Source: a virus (lineage: Duplodnaviria; Caudoviricetes). From it: a DNA stretch of 64,000 nucleotides. The DNA is taken from positions 1-64,000 of the IMG/VR virus record IMGVR_UViG_3300037634_006988; one strand, written 5' to 3'. A program made the translations under genes and the position numbers. Positions within the stretch are counted from its first letter, which is position 1. Each line of letters starts with the position of its first letter. Positions 39,001 through 48,900 of this stretch are shown here, in pieces. The notes beneath the pieces were generated by a model, which made no database searches, was not told the DNA's origin, and saw only the letters and a list, made by a program, of their open reading frames with translations.

Positions 39001-39162
39001 AGCAGACGAAAAATCAACATGAGGAAGAAACCTCTTTTTGTCTTTAATGTTTGATTTAAGATAATCTGGAGATTCAACTGCTGAACCTACTGAACGCTGA
39101 GTGGCGTTTTCTAAGAGTTTATCAGATTTTTTTCCGCTAAAAAGATCTTTAATATTAGACAT
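30028..39162 (-). CDS. giant virion protein (3044 aa) with LamG/concanavalin-like domains
   Basis: SVEFWLNK...WNHFALTF...GSLDEFRFWKTRRT..QI...LGVYYKFNEG is a LamG-like pattern; a second, more degenerate copy ends SSLRVWMDYL...LILNWDF. Confidence 0.65.
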   Translation of the reverse strand: MSNIKDLFSGKKSDKLLENATQRSVGSAVESPDYLKSNIKDKKRFLPHVDFSSASNFAIYGSAEKYYEDAYNYVLNEYPYDGSLKEKINWSLSGTYLDRYIFENEYPRTTGYINFGQSYAFSAQQSQGYDSATKNEWIYFKGHNTSYSLNSTTNPELTLQFDNLNVYNTASQGLSNLELEGSGGVSVEFWLNKPGFDKASESRRQVILDVWNSGTFGTTGYGRFRVEISGTEGNVLNPNFQVELLSGSAGFSWQGAADTEPPVVILSGSTLTGSWNHFALTFANTGSQMVGRLYTNGALTYTYTGGTTIGTVTGSMLGQIGSLIAPVSGGSEVQGYGKLSGSLDEFRFWKTRRTATQIGQHWFTQVGGGTNTDLTLATSASTKYSYENPADLGVYYKFNEGIINTSSVNSKDAVVIDYAGRVTNGEWNGYTITSRNTGSAIVSASVASSEFADPILYSTHPLVSSSLNDKKNVGKLYDATNNSSMFDSLPQWITSEDQNDANGTLKNLTQIMSSYFDTLYLQTQAVTSLKNKDYISGSDKPFPFANRFIDSSGFLTSEIFTKASDLEYLDARNNKKLFTQKVNELKNLIYQNVYNNLVYVYKTKGTMKSFRNLIRCFGVDSELINIRLYGDQVTYKLQDNYEKNTIRKKYANFHSSSNTNAVVLQQTASGNSYSRGYISSSAEVQYRGNTYELESFFPKDKEKGTEVYFTSNFVTASIFGCHTSGSPGTTWGTYNSAGDAGQFQVQSVRTDIRRKAAFFQLTCSNDGLGVIPKLTSSVFQDVYDGTRWNFAVRIKPKKYPLAAGVSGSDNGQYDVEFSGYNYVLDVLNNSFAVTASMAASDAQNFLKANKRFFVGAHRTNTTGTVLQQSNIKASSLRVWMDYLTSSVLQAHAKDVTNFGSAQPYRDAYITEQGANLGSKAVKSIPQLETLILNWDFATVSASDSGGNFTVQDTSIASSGSNDYTGRWGWLGPIGQYQHTGYGFGFGANASSSVDERYVHTLLQQPPEVINSTDMISLIDEDKNSIFVKDSRPEQYYFAFEKSMYNIITKEMLDIFGTIVDFNNLIGEPVNRYRQEYKSMQKLRQLYFERVQNTIDLDKFVEYFKWLDSALSVMLQQLVPGSARFSENLRTMVESHVLERNKYWSKFPTLEMKQSDPEAGVFGINEMLYSGKRGIAPIPTTATGSNCEWWLRRANRDNSNITSGDSTVDSQRDDVRLSDDFRSGSGPTLAVSRNSTATTTTYEGQAYALRNFTKIYRLAVDESLEIHGGSNFPRAKTVEYTHEALKFGSSEQLDIAASSIPAEIGCDDVIIPNSKDRLEAKVANSTNPYGYTSGKSEIFAPFSLYSSSVTTGYVADVSTNFRAKTEVDNYHDDVYGDDKGVPVQGPFTDAHVGGRQHRHININSASTDTTDTRPEAWDLSFASNVLTISQRGVDQPRATMIRDEYAKRPLNIRNIKWGTSSAVVGNYTTGYQILQTSGRRLNNRFFVKNGGFSPTSSDTGIFSGAIDYALPRFDLTGTNKSIFVERFNAPGGPEVSPRGAMDVNAEEYSVYNELNYRNLIVREALDSWLTEHCGQFGIDPTGSPGDGTTPAEHTVNAYSYDGVIASYHKVNRNPWKVPADGASTCSINYDNWYIQHPIPQSDFQYAWITSSVSKSACNMLGHIGAHDWGGIVPFSVPSGTTSITQSAIPFISASVTGALGISADFVGLNSLIYEPLTSSTNLLGYPLDARLGAYRGQVASLPANSGTVLNSLNLHRNGPYQHPTWKQIRTGETPIARYHKNNNILSVGSKRGVVTVLHGSGTNRPATYFDPRTGPNNIKNFVEPPVTFKYRALTSRLQNPKISLRHSYGNNKCLWTQRWLPLNQRELSIAEYLGGVNYKSDIQIYDKLRGASDYQAAFQNLIYPEVIYPRGANTGLAETRGRTKYAETASVNSAFPPTASLSLGSNGIDRNPDQRRTLWRNADYNRNRYVAPDLGPAAAIAPAKAYARFQTTISNSCGNQDGQARSVWCFGEEPLVWYPPSGSPDPAVGLDVGTLSASSNYANNNGQDTGELNSINIYKLGGLCGGVTGSILENAWSHNFYIKPSASAFYYWLPYYGYELYCNAAACSDIYGYIAGDAPQTASAEFCKGMKWTAARDSGKNPWFDSYEDYAEDIRGLSKAWTVLPEFRISDNMEYYTETKDSFFAKNDKFLLLNGGNITQSADVGDATPSNTNIRNFDRNFFKEYSFSDFQKYFGTFAENNKLEQITLKCTAVKKLLPYKGFYPSDRSTQLVSLFSGALGQYVTGGALTWSAGVPTNADPRVQSGSQQLALQTLLQPWFAPGILYNTIKSGVAVDWPVFTGSIGLNTIGYGEWGYQQITGTATTRFPFKSLLDPLDYTPAWKPAAEGQAEKDSHRLIFNAPSYYNINHSALIGSEPGRIPFATFSSSGPPPKSVTNLYRSAMHNYLAEIPNFFLKNQSLQYIESLPQGSVKILAGKVYVMDVYIEKTNTAPNNELIMIQDYYNGYVSASLVGDYGTVWGAGGAGVTGSYNGKYFGPKWYAFQTNASPTNNAWYSGAKAFRDGDPAFAPVTPPYFYGKARVRLIYTGSVEDEQNPGAGNGPNLRRIFNNMTMSFKGANDPRAEAWTRYGMVKANYITSPAFQQMMDVTASLELKGLKVENPSDQALNRWVISPHMETPVLDFSSSQTPEQGYGRGMWSGYGEVPINNKGIFFGIERVPNEFLNRQDVEDMTQWFQKAPTTAAGATIDSSIFEGGPSRLPIDETSLTRQIGQIADTKTISEAVVAIPFSTKQFGRNSDLARTTSKQIMGKWFFSLGVHKPAARRNFQNPKKNTSISKLRGLMDKYILPPELDFMKNITIEPFAMYMIEFEHELDRQDLVDIWQGLMPKISTTAELDESSFSHSTGINEFFGGKKLPPSEDIRWMVFKVKKKAHINYWATTPQTETRGFGIQSMLKESNYINPVGLEYSYNWPYDHFSLVELAQVETIGSYAGEPQIAGPLQEAAPTEKRPATAAEEVEPAAGQGQTARQTTAATIARGPGYTGGGTS

Positions 39163-39166
39163 AATT

Positions 39167-40687
39167 TCACTCTATTACTCGAAATTTAAAAGTCTCAGGT
39201 TGTTCTTGGTAAGCGCCATTTATATAATACACGAACTTGATTCCATAAGCATAACCAGTTTCAAGCATTTTCATATCTAAATCAAAATAACTTCCGGTAA
39301 CATCATATGAAAGTCTCGTGTGGTTTAAACTCCCAGTTCCATATGAAATAACATCCTTTTCATCAATCATCCTAAAAATTTTAAAATACGCATCTTCAAC
39401 AATATCATTTGAAATTGCCTTAGAAGCTACTGTGTAAATAGTTGGACTCCAATCTTTTAATCGAGTAAAGAGTCGGAACCGAGTTGTTCCATCATTATAG
39501 TATTCAGGCTCTAAATTAGTAATAGTAGTGACATATCGGGGGATAGAAAAAATATTAGAAGAATTAAACTTCTTTGGTATAAACGATCCCGTATGATAAA
39601 TTTTTACACCGGCCGTTGTTATGGCAGAACCTGATGAGCCAGAAAACCACCTATCATAAGCAAAACTGGCTGTTGTGTCGAGAGCAAAAGAAGCGCTATA
39701 AATTCCTGTAGCCACATAACCACCAGTGATTGGGTTATTGGGCGCAGCAGAAATTAATTCACCGGACGCGCCAGAAGTGTAAACATTAACATATATTGGA
39801 CCCGTCCCAACATTTGCAAGATTTGTGGGTTGTCCTCTCACATAATTGTAAAGGTAAAGCGTGTTTAAATTGTCCGCAGCGCTCAAATTAGAGCTGGAAA
39901 CATAAAAACTTCCACGCTGATCCTTTCTGGTTGAGTTCCATCGGGCCTCAATAACTGGTCGAGAAAAGAAATATTCACTACTTCGTGCTGAAAACTTCTT
40001 TGTGTAATAAGATCGAGAGCCAGTTTCTTGGCTTTGTGTAAGCATAATACCCACACCATAATTGGAATAATCTCCTGCAATCCATTTTTCAACTAATCCA
40101 GTAATCTTAACTTCTAAATCTCCGGTTCCTTTTTCGCCAAAAGTCTGCTTATAATTAAATTCGTCATAAGTAGAGGTGGGAGACCCATTCCAAGAAGCAC
40201 TCAAATAGCTTCCACCCTCTAATGTGGTGCTATCAACGTTGGTCCAAACGGTGTTTGCAGCCGCATTTATCCAGTTGGATCCTGTGCCACCATAAGTATA
40301 GTCCGAATAATTATCCAAATCTAGTCCATCACCTTCCTGCCACGACTGAGAAACTGGGGTAACAACTAAAGTAAAGTTACGAGGAAGGGTTTGGGAGTGT
40401 TTTACATTGTAAAATCTAAGATAAAAATCAACACTTCCGCTTGCTGGGATTGTTCCAGCAGATCTATCAGATTGAATAGTTACTGTGGCATCAGCCGTGA
40501 CCACTGGAAATTGCGCCAAAACACGGCTTAATTCATATGAAGAGGAGCTTTTTTGAGCATAAATGGAGAAGATCTCTAACGAATCTGCTAAACCAATATT
40601 ACTGCCCGTTCCGCGAGTTGTTAAATCCGCTTGATAGGCATTTGTAATTGTATTATCATAGATTGCGGTATATCTTTTAATACTCAT
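39167..40687 (-). CDS. virion structural protein (beta-rich)
   Basis: 506 aa, lies between the gp6-like gene and the giant protein; WQEGDG and NYGVGIML..QE motifs. Confidence 0.55.
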   Translation of the reverse strand: MSIKRYTAIYDNTITNAYQADLTTRGTGSNIGLADSLEIFSIYAQKSSSSYELSRVLAQFPVVTADATVTIQSDRSAGTIPASGSVDFYLRFYNVKHSQTLPRNFTLVVTPVSQSWQEGDGLDLDNYSDYTYGGTGSNWINAAANTVWTNVDSTTLEGGSYLSASWNGSPTSTYDEFNYKQTFGEKGTGDLEVKITGLVEKWIAGDYSNYGVGIMLTQSQETGSRSYYTKKFSARSSEYFFSRPVIEARWNSTRKDQRGSFYVSSSNLSAADNLNTLYLYNYVRGQPTNLANVGTGPIYVNVYTSGASGELISAAPNNPITGGYVATGIYSASFALDTTASFAYDRWFSGSSGSAITTAGVKIYHTGSFIPKKFNSSNIFSIPRYVTTITNLEPEYYNDGTTRFRLFTRLKDWSPTIYTVASKAISNDIVEDAYFKIFRMIDEKDVISYGTGSLNHTRLSYDVTGSYFDLDMKMLETGYAYGIKFVYYINGAYQEQPETFKFRVIE

Positions 40688-42489
40688 TACTTAATCGTTC
40701 CTTTAATATCTGTGTCGGGATATTTGATTTCAAAAATAACATTTTTAGGACAGTCTATGTAGCTTCCATCCGCCGAATAAAGCATATTAATATCTATAGG
40801 TTGAGTTGAATAATTGGTTCCAGATTTCTGAACAATATTTACCCGCGTAACATCAATGATTCCCTTCATTTTGTTAAGTTGGCTATAGATGTCGGACACA
40901 TAAAATGGTTGCCCAATCTCAAATTTTCTGTTATAATAACCACTCAATTGTGAAATTGCATCGCTTAAAACATCAAATTTGTTTGAATCTAATCCGGCAA
41001 TTGCTGTAAATTCAATTCCTATATTAACAATTTTGGTATCCAAAATATCAACGGTATCACTAATCATTTTACCCTGATTTAGCCATTGTTTTAAATTTTC
41101 TTTGATTGCGGGATTTGATTTTACTAAGGTTCCATCTTCAGCTTCAGAAATAACATATAAATTAAGGTTTCTGCGTAGCGAACTTGAGTCTCGGACGATG
41201 TTTACGCGCTTTACACCACCATATTGAGGAGGCATTGCATAACACAGGCTTCTATAATCTTCCGCCGTTACTGCACGATTTTGCGCAGAAAACACATTAT
41301 AGATTCTCTTTTTCAATTCCTCTGTCGTTGGAAGCATTACATCTCCTGTAATTGGTTCCTCATTGTTTACTTCCAGTGAACCAACAACGGTTCCCAACGT
41401 GGTTGAATTTAGTGTTGCAAGCTCTTTAAAGTCCCAAAGTGGAGCATCTACATTCGTTAATGCATTTGCAGAAACATTAACATTATCGGCATCATTTACA
41501 CGATATGTAACTGTTAATGTCGTATTCGATGGAGCAACACCGAACTTATCTGTTTTCAAAAAATTACCCGGATCAATAGTTGCGTCAGAAACATAGTCTT
41601 TTCCATGAACTTTCATTACCACTTTACTTGGGTCAACTAAAGAATCGGTGGCAAGTGTGGTGTTTGTCGTTCCAAAACCAAATTGAAGAAAAACATCTGT
41701 TTGAGTTCTTTCTGTAACAAAACGCCGAGGAACAACAAATGGTCTTAATGTATTTTGAGTAACAGAACTATTATCTCCTCGGTTCAATGTAGATTTATAA
41801 ATGGTGTCTTGTGATAAATAATCCACCTCAAAATACTCATTGCCCTCTGAATCTACCACAGAGACAATTTCAGTAACATTGGTTCCATTTAATTTAAGTT
41901 TGAGAAATTTCTGAAACTTGCCAACTACGACCTCTTCTCGATTTATTTTGCCAGAAACCACTTGACCTTTACCCCTAATTGCAAAACTTGTGGGGGTTCC
42001 ATTGTCGCTATTTACTTCAGCAATTACAATTTCATTAGCTGGATTAGAAAAATTAATGTCTTCATTTAGTGTAAAACCAATACCATCAATGGAAGAAAGC
42101 GCCGCCCCCCTCTTTAAAATAGGAATATAATCGGTGTTTGGGCCAGCCCCAACTGAAGCTGCGGGTACAATGATGTAAAATGTGGCTTCGCCCGCAGATG
42201 CAGCGCTAGGATTAAATTTATAACCCATTTGTCGCCCCAATTTGATGATATTCTCATACTCAATGGCAGTGTCGAGGAAAGACTCGTTAACGCTGTAGTC
42301 CAAATAAAACGATAAAATATCACCAATATAGGCGGTTGTATCGACCATCAACGAACCAAAACCTGACTCGCTGAAATCTTTAAAGCTGTTGGGGTAATAG
42401 CGTTTTGCGTAATCTAATAAATCTTCACGAATAGAATTAAAATCGCGTGATGTATAATCAATAAGTGGATATTGTTTTTTTGAGCCCAA
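40687..42489 (-). CDS. baseplate wedge subunit (T4 gp6 / Baseplate_J-like)
   Basis: IDYTSRDFNSIREDL, DFSESGFG, YIGDILSFYLD...NESFLDTA and QNRAVTAEDY motifs. Confidence 0.88.
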   Translation of the reverse strand: MGSKKQYPLIDYTSRDFNSIREDLLDYAKRYYPNSFKDFSESGFGSLMVDTTAYIGDILSFYLDYSVNESFLDTAIEYENIIKLGRQMGYKFNPSAASAGEATFYIIVPAASVGAGPNTDYIPILKRGAALSSIDGIGFTLNEDINFSNPANEIVIAEVNSDNGTPTSFAIRGKGQVVSGKINREEVVVGKFQKFLKLKLNGTNVTEIVSVVDSEGNEYFEVDYLSQDTIYKSTLNRGDNSSVTQNTLRPFVVPRRFVTERTQTDVFLQFGFGTTNTTLATDSLVDPSKVVMKVHGKDYVSDATIDPGNFLKTDKFGVAPSNTTLTVTYRVNDADNVNVSANALTNVDAPLWDFKELATLNSTTLGTVVGSLEVNNEEPITGDVMLPTTEELKKRIYNVFSAQNRAVTAEDYRSLCYAMPPQYGGVKRVNIVRDSSSLRRNLNLYVISEAEDGTLVKSNPAIKENLKQWLNQGKMISDTVDILDTKIVNIGIEFTAIAGLDSNKFDVLSDAISQLSGYYNRKFEIGQPFYVSDIYSQLNKMKGIIDVTRVNIVQKSGTNYSTQPIDINMLYSADGSYIDCPKNVIFEIKYPDTDIKGTIK

Positions 42490-42511
42490 TCGAAGTTCCT
42501 CTCTTTATCAA

Positions 42512-42520
42512 ATAATTAGT
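42512..42520 (-). promoter_or_regulatory. CTAWTTA candidate (ACTAATTAT)
   Basis: At the gp25-like stop, upstream of the GAGG SD of the gp6-like gene. Confidence 0.6.
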
Positions 42521-42905
42521 CAATGGGCAAAGTTAGTTCTAATTTGTCTACATCGTCTAAAGGTACTATTGTGTATTCAACAGCAACACCAAGAAAATTT
42601 GGATCTAAAGCCGGATTTGAAGCAAAAGTGTTAAAAACAACATCGTTAATGGTTACATAAGAAAGATATTTTTCTACTTGTTGACGAATTCTGCCAGCGA
42701 TTCGTCCATGAAGGCCTGGATTATCCAACTCGAATAAATATCTTTTTAATCCCACCCCAAAATCATCATCCATAACTCTTTCACCAGGAATAGTAAATAA
42801 TAAATTTTTAAGATTTTGTTTAACCAGATCTTTATAATCTGTGATAAGAGCAATTCCGTTTATACCGTCTATAAAAAGCGGAAGTTTTGGTGTTATACCT
42901 GCCAT
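42516..42905 (-). CDS. baseplate wedge protein (T4 gp25/GPW-like)
   Basis: QNLKNLLFTIPGERVMDDDFGVGLKRYLFE is the gp25 family motif. Confidence 0.9.
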   Translation of the reverse strand: MAGITPKLPLFIDGINGIALITDYKDLVKQNLKNLLFTIPGERVMDDDFGVGLKRYLFELDNPGLHGRIAGRIRQQVEKYLSYVTINDVVFNTFASNPALDPNFLGVAVEYTIVPLDDVDKLELTLPID

Positions 42906-42920
42906 TACTTATATCCTCCA

Positions 42921-45900
42921 TTATATTTCGCCTGGCTCCAATGGAGGCATTCCAACATCAATATCACAATCCTCATCATTTGGGCCTCCCATTTCTGCTC
43001 CAGGTCCAGAACCTTTACTAAGTAGTTTGTCCAACCAATCTGCCGGTGGCATTGAGTTTAACCAATTTGGTTCTGGCCTCCAATCCATACCCCAATAAGC
43101 CAAACCAAATGGAGTAATTGGAATTCCAGGCCAGATCATTGGCAATAATGTGATGGGTAAAAGTGCCAATGAAATAAACATAATTTGAGGCTCTGGAATA
43201 AAGTTTTCATTAATCGGTTCAAGCCAAGCATCTGGTGGTTTTTGGGGAGATCCAGGTGCTCCTGGTCCACAATCTTCCTCGCCTTCGGGTGCCTGTTGAG
43301 TTTGATTGGCCATTATCTGAGCCTGAGCGATTATTTGATTTATTAAATGAATTGCATCTCGAATTTGTTTTGATACCGCAATATTTGTATCAGTCGCCTC
43401 CACAAATCCCTTAAAAATCAACACAGATGTCTTCAAAATCATAATGCCGATAGTCGCCGCCAATCCGCCCCAAAGATGACCATTCATTGCTCCTAATTGT
43501 AAATCTAAATTACTCGGACCACAATCAGTAGATGGATAATTCCCACTATTATAAATGCCAAAGAACAAATCTTTTAAGCGGAATTTGGTTGGATCAAACA
43601 ACTCACTAATTCCCTTATAAGAACGAAGATATTCCGAACCGTATATGTTATTGAGAGATAACATTCTGGGAAGTGGAAAAAGATACCTAAATAATGCTTG
43701 ATATTCACTAGAAGCTTTTAATTGCTCTATAAGTGTTTGGTGCTTGAGTTTATATTGAAATTCAAAAAACGGCATTCCCCCATTCATACGAAGCGAGAGA
43801 GGCACTCTAGAATCAGCATGACCATTAACTACATCTCTCATTCGAGTGTCTAAATCAACTGGAACTTCCGAACACACTAGTGGAATTACGTTGGCGACTT
43901 CTTCAAATGGAGCGTTATCTGTATTGGATACAAAAAAAGCTTTCTGGTAAAGAGCACCATCAACAGTATTTGAGGCTTCTCTGGCAATTTTACCAAACGG
44001 TAAACCTTGATTAAATCCGCCCTGCGCAGCACCTCTATAAAACTGTACCGTCGGATCCAACTCGTGATTCCTCCAACAAGAGGTTGCTGCTCCCGGTGGC
44101 GCTGGAGCAGGCCCAAAAGGTTCAGCAAGAACAGGTTGAGGTGGCATGGGATTAACATAAGATATTCTTAATCCAACATGAACACTTTTGAAAAAATCTC
44201 CCAACACAAAATAATCTCGGTCAGGCGAAACACTTACTCCCAATTCTTGGGCTTTGGCCTCACCACACTCCATAAATCTTGCCAAATCTGTAATTAATGC
44301 TTTCGTTAATCTATTTGGAAGACAATCGGCAGAAAGATTTTGTTGATAATGAGACAAAACATTAGCAGGAATTTCTCCTTGAGAATTAAAACGAGTATTT
44401 ATATATTCTTGAAATTTTTTAATATTAATAACCCCTTTTAAGAATTCGGTACGATCCACGTCTACATAATTGGAGTTTTTCCACTTTACCTCTTCAATTC
44501 CTCTTCTGAATTCTTGATCTCCTTGAAAATGTTGAGTAATTATTTCTTCTGCGGTATCGTTCGATGCAAGATTTGCATTCGTTTCATACGGCATTCCTTG
44601 ATAATCTAATTCCTCTACTCGAATATAATACTCTTGAATAAAGTTGCCGTTCTCAAAACTTTTGCCAGGATTGGTCTCAGGTGGTGATTGGGCGCGAGAT
44701 GTGCCACCAATTACAATTTCCTCGAAAAGAAGTTCTCGTCGAAGTTGTCGTCCTTCTTCAGCTTCCTTAAAGTGACGTATCATTATGGTCACATGATTTA
44801 TCCACTCGTCATAAGTCCTGCTCAACTCACTCCAAAATGCCTCTGTTTCGTATAGATTTTTAGCTTCTTCCTTTTCCCAAACTAAAATCTTCTTAATAGA
44901 CAATATATCAAAATCTAATAAACTTAAATAAGGCATTCCGGTTTCAAGCAAATTAACTGCTCGTTGTAATAATCTATTCACCCACGGATTAGTGTCGGAC
45001 CTGGGATTCTCTGGATAACCAGTTTGTGAATTAAACGATGTGGGTTGCAAATTAAAAAAGCTAAGATTTTTAAAATTGACGCCGACTGTTATGCCTGTAT
45101 TCTCTTGTAATTCGAGTCGATCAGGATTACGAATGCCTAAACCTTCTATAAATCCTTCGGATTCTCTTCCGCGAACTATAGCACCCGACGTTCTACTATT
45201 ATATCCGATGGTATTACTAGGACCCCCCCAACTTTCATTTTGCGTTTGTTTTGTTCCATCCCAATGATATCTATATCCCGGATCTATCAATTTAAAAGAC
45301 AGGGGCGCACCCCGCCGCTTTGCCTGACCCTGGTTCGACCGATTTCCGGGCTGTGTATTTAAATACCACCCCTTCCAAGGTCCAATAACTTGATTTCCAA
45401 TTGTAATCCAACGCAAACGACCGAAATCTTCAATGTCAGGTTCAGCATCAGCGGGAAGCCCAGCGAGCCTTCTCCAATCAAGATCAACATAATCAGCTGG
45501 GGCATCAGCACCAGGTTCGTCGGGATCGGCGTTTTTCCGACGCACTTGTTCCATAGACCTATACCACCTGTTACCCTGGAAGCCAAGATGAGCCGAGCCA
45601 CGGTCGAATGCAGAATATTGGTAATTCAAAGGGCTGCCCCCATCGCCCTGGGCATTTGTGGTGAAACTGATAGAGGGGACTGAAACTGGCGTATCTATGC
45701 CAAAATCGTATTGGCCCGTGCCACGACCGAAATCAATCTCTTCTCCAAATGAATCTCGAATCCATTGAGGGGGTTCAACTCCCTCCCCACCCCATGCGCG
45801 TTTATCCCACACTTGCCCATGTTTAAAAGTCCACGATTTTTGTCCAGATTTTTGTGCTGTTATATCTTTTAAAATTTTACCTGGATAAAAAGAGAGAACA

Positions 45901-48900
45901 TCAACCGCGCCACCAGAGTTTGTTCTGGTAAATGTTTTAATATAGTCATCTAATTCTGTTGCCTTGTCAGACCAATTTAAATCATCATGAAAACCAGCAG
46001 CAAGAAATCTTAAAAAGATTGCCATGCTTTTCTGTTCTCCTAAAGATATTCCGTAATTATATGCCTCATCGCTAGTTGAATCTGGAATATTTGGGTCGCC
46101 GCCAGGAATTGGATTTAACGCCAAAATTCCCTTATCTGTTGTCCATGAATTTGAGGAGTCTAAAAGCCCCGCCCCCCGCAAAATCTGACTTTCGCGAGAT
46201 TTATAAGGACTGTTTAATCCTGTATTAGATTGTTTATTGGGAGATAATGCTTCAACTCCGGTTATATATTGCCAATCTTCTCCACCTTGCGTTAGGGGAT
46301 AGCGGGGGGCCTCCTTAGACCAAATTTCAGCTTTCGAAACTGCATCTGTACCAAAATATTTTCTCATTAACATCCCAACTGGCAAATTCCTTAAAGTGGA
46401 AACCCTTTTTAAATCCTCCATCCATAAACCGGCGATTATTTCTTCCGAAAGAGTTCCATTAGATGCCAATACTAAAGCCTTATCGGCTGGAACCGGATTA
46501 TTTGAACCACCATCACCGGCACTATAAGAATCATTTTCTAAGATCTGATTATTACCTGTGCCCCCATCACGAATGCCATTGAGTTCTCGCGGCACACTAT
46601 ATTCAGGAATCCATGCAGGCTCTTCTGCACTCTCCTTTTGCAGCAAATAAGAGTCTAGATCTGTTTTTCCAGCCGCCCCAACAACTTTTGACAAACGATT
46701 CGAAACACCAAAAATTTGGTATCTTATAAAATATTCTAACGCCACATCAAAATTTTTAGTTTCAGCTCGTGGAGGAGTTAAATTGGGTGCATTTCTATTA
46801 TAAAGATCCAGTGTCTCAATTCTAAATTCACGTAAAAATGCTTTTTGTGCAACGTCTTTCTTAAGTAATTGCGCAATATACGACACCAACAAAGAATCAA
46901 CAGAGTCGGGAGTGCTAAATCGAAACCAATAAAAACAATAAATGGACCTCAACATAACCTCCAAAACATATGTTCTGACTGTTAATAATACCGCCCCACT
47001 CAAATTTGCCTTTTCAAATGGATTATCTTTGTTTGTGCCCAATCCATCTACATTTGGAAAAGAAGCCTCGATACACTGAATTAATCCATATTCATCTTTA
47101 ATTCTTTGCTTAATAATTTCAAAATCTAATAAACTGGCATTAATGTCACACTCTTGCCCTATTTTATTCATAGGTATTAAGTCTAAGGTACTTAATTTAC
47201 TCAACTCCATTAATGGAGATTCTGCAATCATTTTAGTAAAACTACAATAATAATCTCTCCACAACCCATCGTAAGCGCTATACTTGATTTGATCTCCATA
47301 TCTCTTATCGTAGAGATAATCTCCCAGAGATTCAGCATTGCCATCGCCAAGGAGGCCAACTCCTGCTCCTCTTAGTGAGAGCCCACCATCAGGTCGAATA
47401 ACACTTGGTCCATTGGGCCATGCCTGATTATAATTCCAAGAAACAAATAATTGTTCTTGTGGAATGTGTTGAAGTGTTGGAGAATATATACAATTATGGA
47501 ACGCCCGATAAATATTATCACTTAACGAATCTTCTTTAGTATCTCGATAAACGACAAATGGGGGAGCAGATCCAGCAGCAGTGGTCAATAGAATAGTAAT
47601 ACCATATTGATCTTTTGGACGATTTCCATTTCGTGCTTCATCTGCTAACGATACGGAGTAAGGAACAATATATTTTATATCATAAGAAGAACCGTGAAGG
47701 CTTTGAAAAGCCTCAACTATACCACTAATACTTTCTCTAGCAATTTGAGGATCTATTCCTTCTGGTAGAGAAGGTGCTGCGTCTATTGAAGGAATCACCT
47801 TGTTCGTAATAAGTTCCATAGCCACGTCTGTCATACCAGCAGTTTCAAAAAGATTATTATCCACTTTAAAATTATAATAATGGTAAGAATTGTCATTATC
47901 GGTTATATTAAAAAGTCCTTCATTAATGCACATTGTCTGATATGCCTTCTTTAAGCCAGGAGCAAATTTAGATGGTGCCCTTTCTTTAACAGTAATTGGA
48001 ATGGGAGAATATCCATAAAGGTTGGTATACTCAGCTAATTTTTGGCCCCCACGATTTGTTGTATCATATTCTGATGCACGTCGTCTGCCTCGCGATGTTA
48101 CATATTGTGCTGGCCCCGGCCGAATCTGAGATATTTCCCATTCATATTCTTGTTCTGCTGTTGGTTGCGTTTGACCAGTGCTCATTTGTCCCCCAACAAG
48201 TCGATCTCGTATTTCATCACCCGCTGGCCACGCCAAATCGGGATCATCCACCACACCATTTGCTTCTTCTTCTGTGTCTCTACCAACGAGAGGTTCGTTC
48301 ATCCAGCGTATAATATTTTTTCCTGGTTGAGCCGCATCAGCAGGTAATGCACCAAAAGAATATCTTAAGTTTTGATCTTGGACCATGCTTACCCATTCTT
48401 GATTTAATTGGCGCTCTGAAGTTCCATCTGGATTTGTAACCCTTATTGTTCTCTTAATGGGACGTTCTACAATTGGTTGTTTCGTTAATATTGGTATAAG
48501 TCCTTCCAGATTTTCGTTAAATGCCATCGCAATACTATCATAAATTGTACTCAGAACTTTGTTCATCATAAAAATAAGCGATGGATGATCTTTTTCTACT
48601 AATCCCGGCTGAATTCCCCGATGAACTTCTTGTTTAGTTTCTTTGGAAATAAACTTTTTATTGTCATTGGGGTCAGTCATTACCCTTTCGGGTGGAATTA
48701 TTTCACCTTGCTCATCTCGATAAACCATTTTGCAGAAAATAGCAGGAGTCGCATCACCCAGCAAATCCCCCTTTTCCAACATTTTTGCTAAATCTTCAAG
48801 GCGTTGCTGTTTACGAGCACGAGATTTATCAATTTGATCCTTAATTTGAGACGCTGACAATCCTTTGCCTGCCAATAAACTTTGACGCATGGCAGTATCA

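Noticed and set aside
632-39883. Short alternative-frame minus-strand ORFs inside long genes (e.g. 4382..4807, 6538..6876, 43886..44158)
   Set aside because: Nested out of frame in conserved genes with no independent evidence; 4382..4807 arises from the portal's low-complexity repeat.
45308-45315. Third copy of CACCCCGC (also at 2457 and 2474)
   Set aside because: A single 8-mer inside a coding region with no shared flanking context; compatible with chance.
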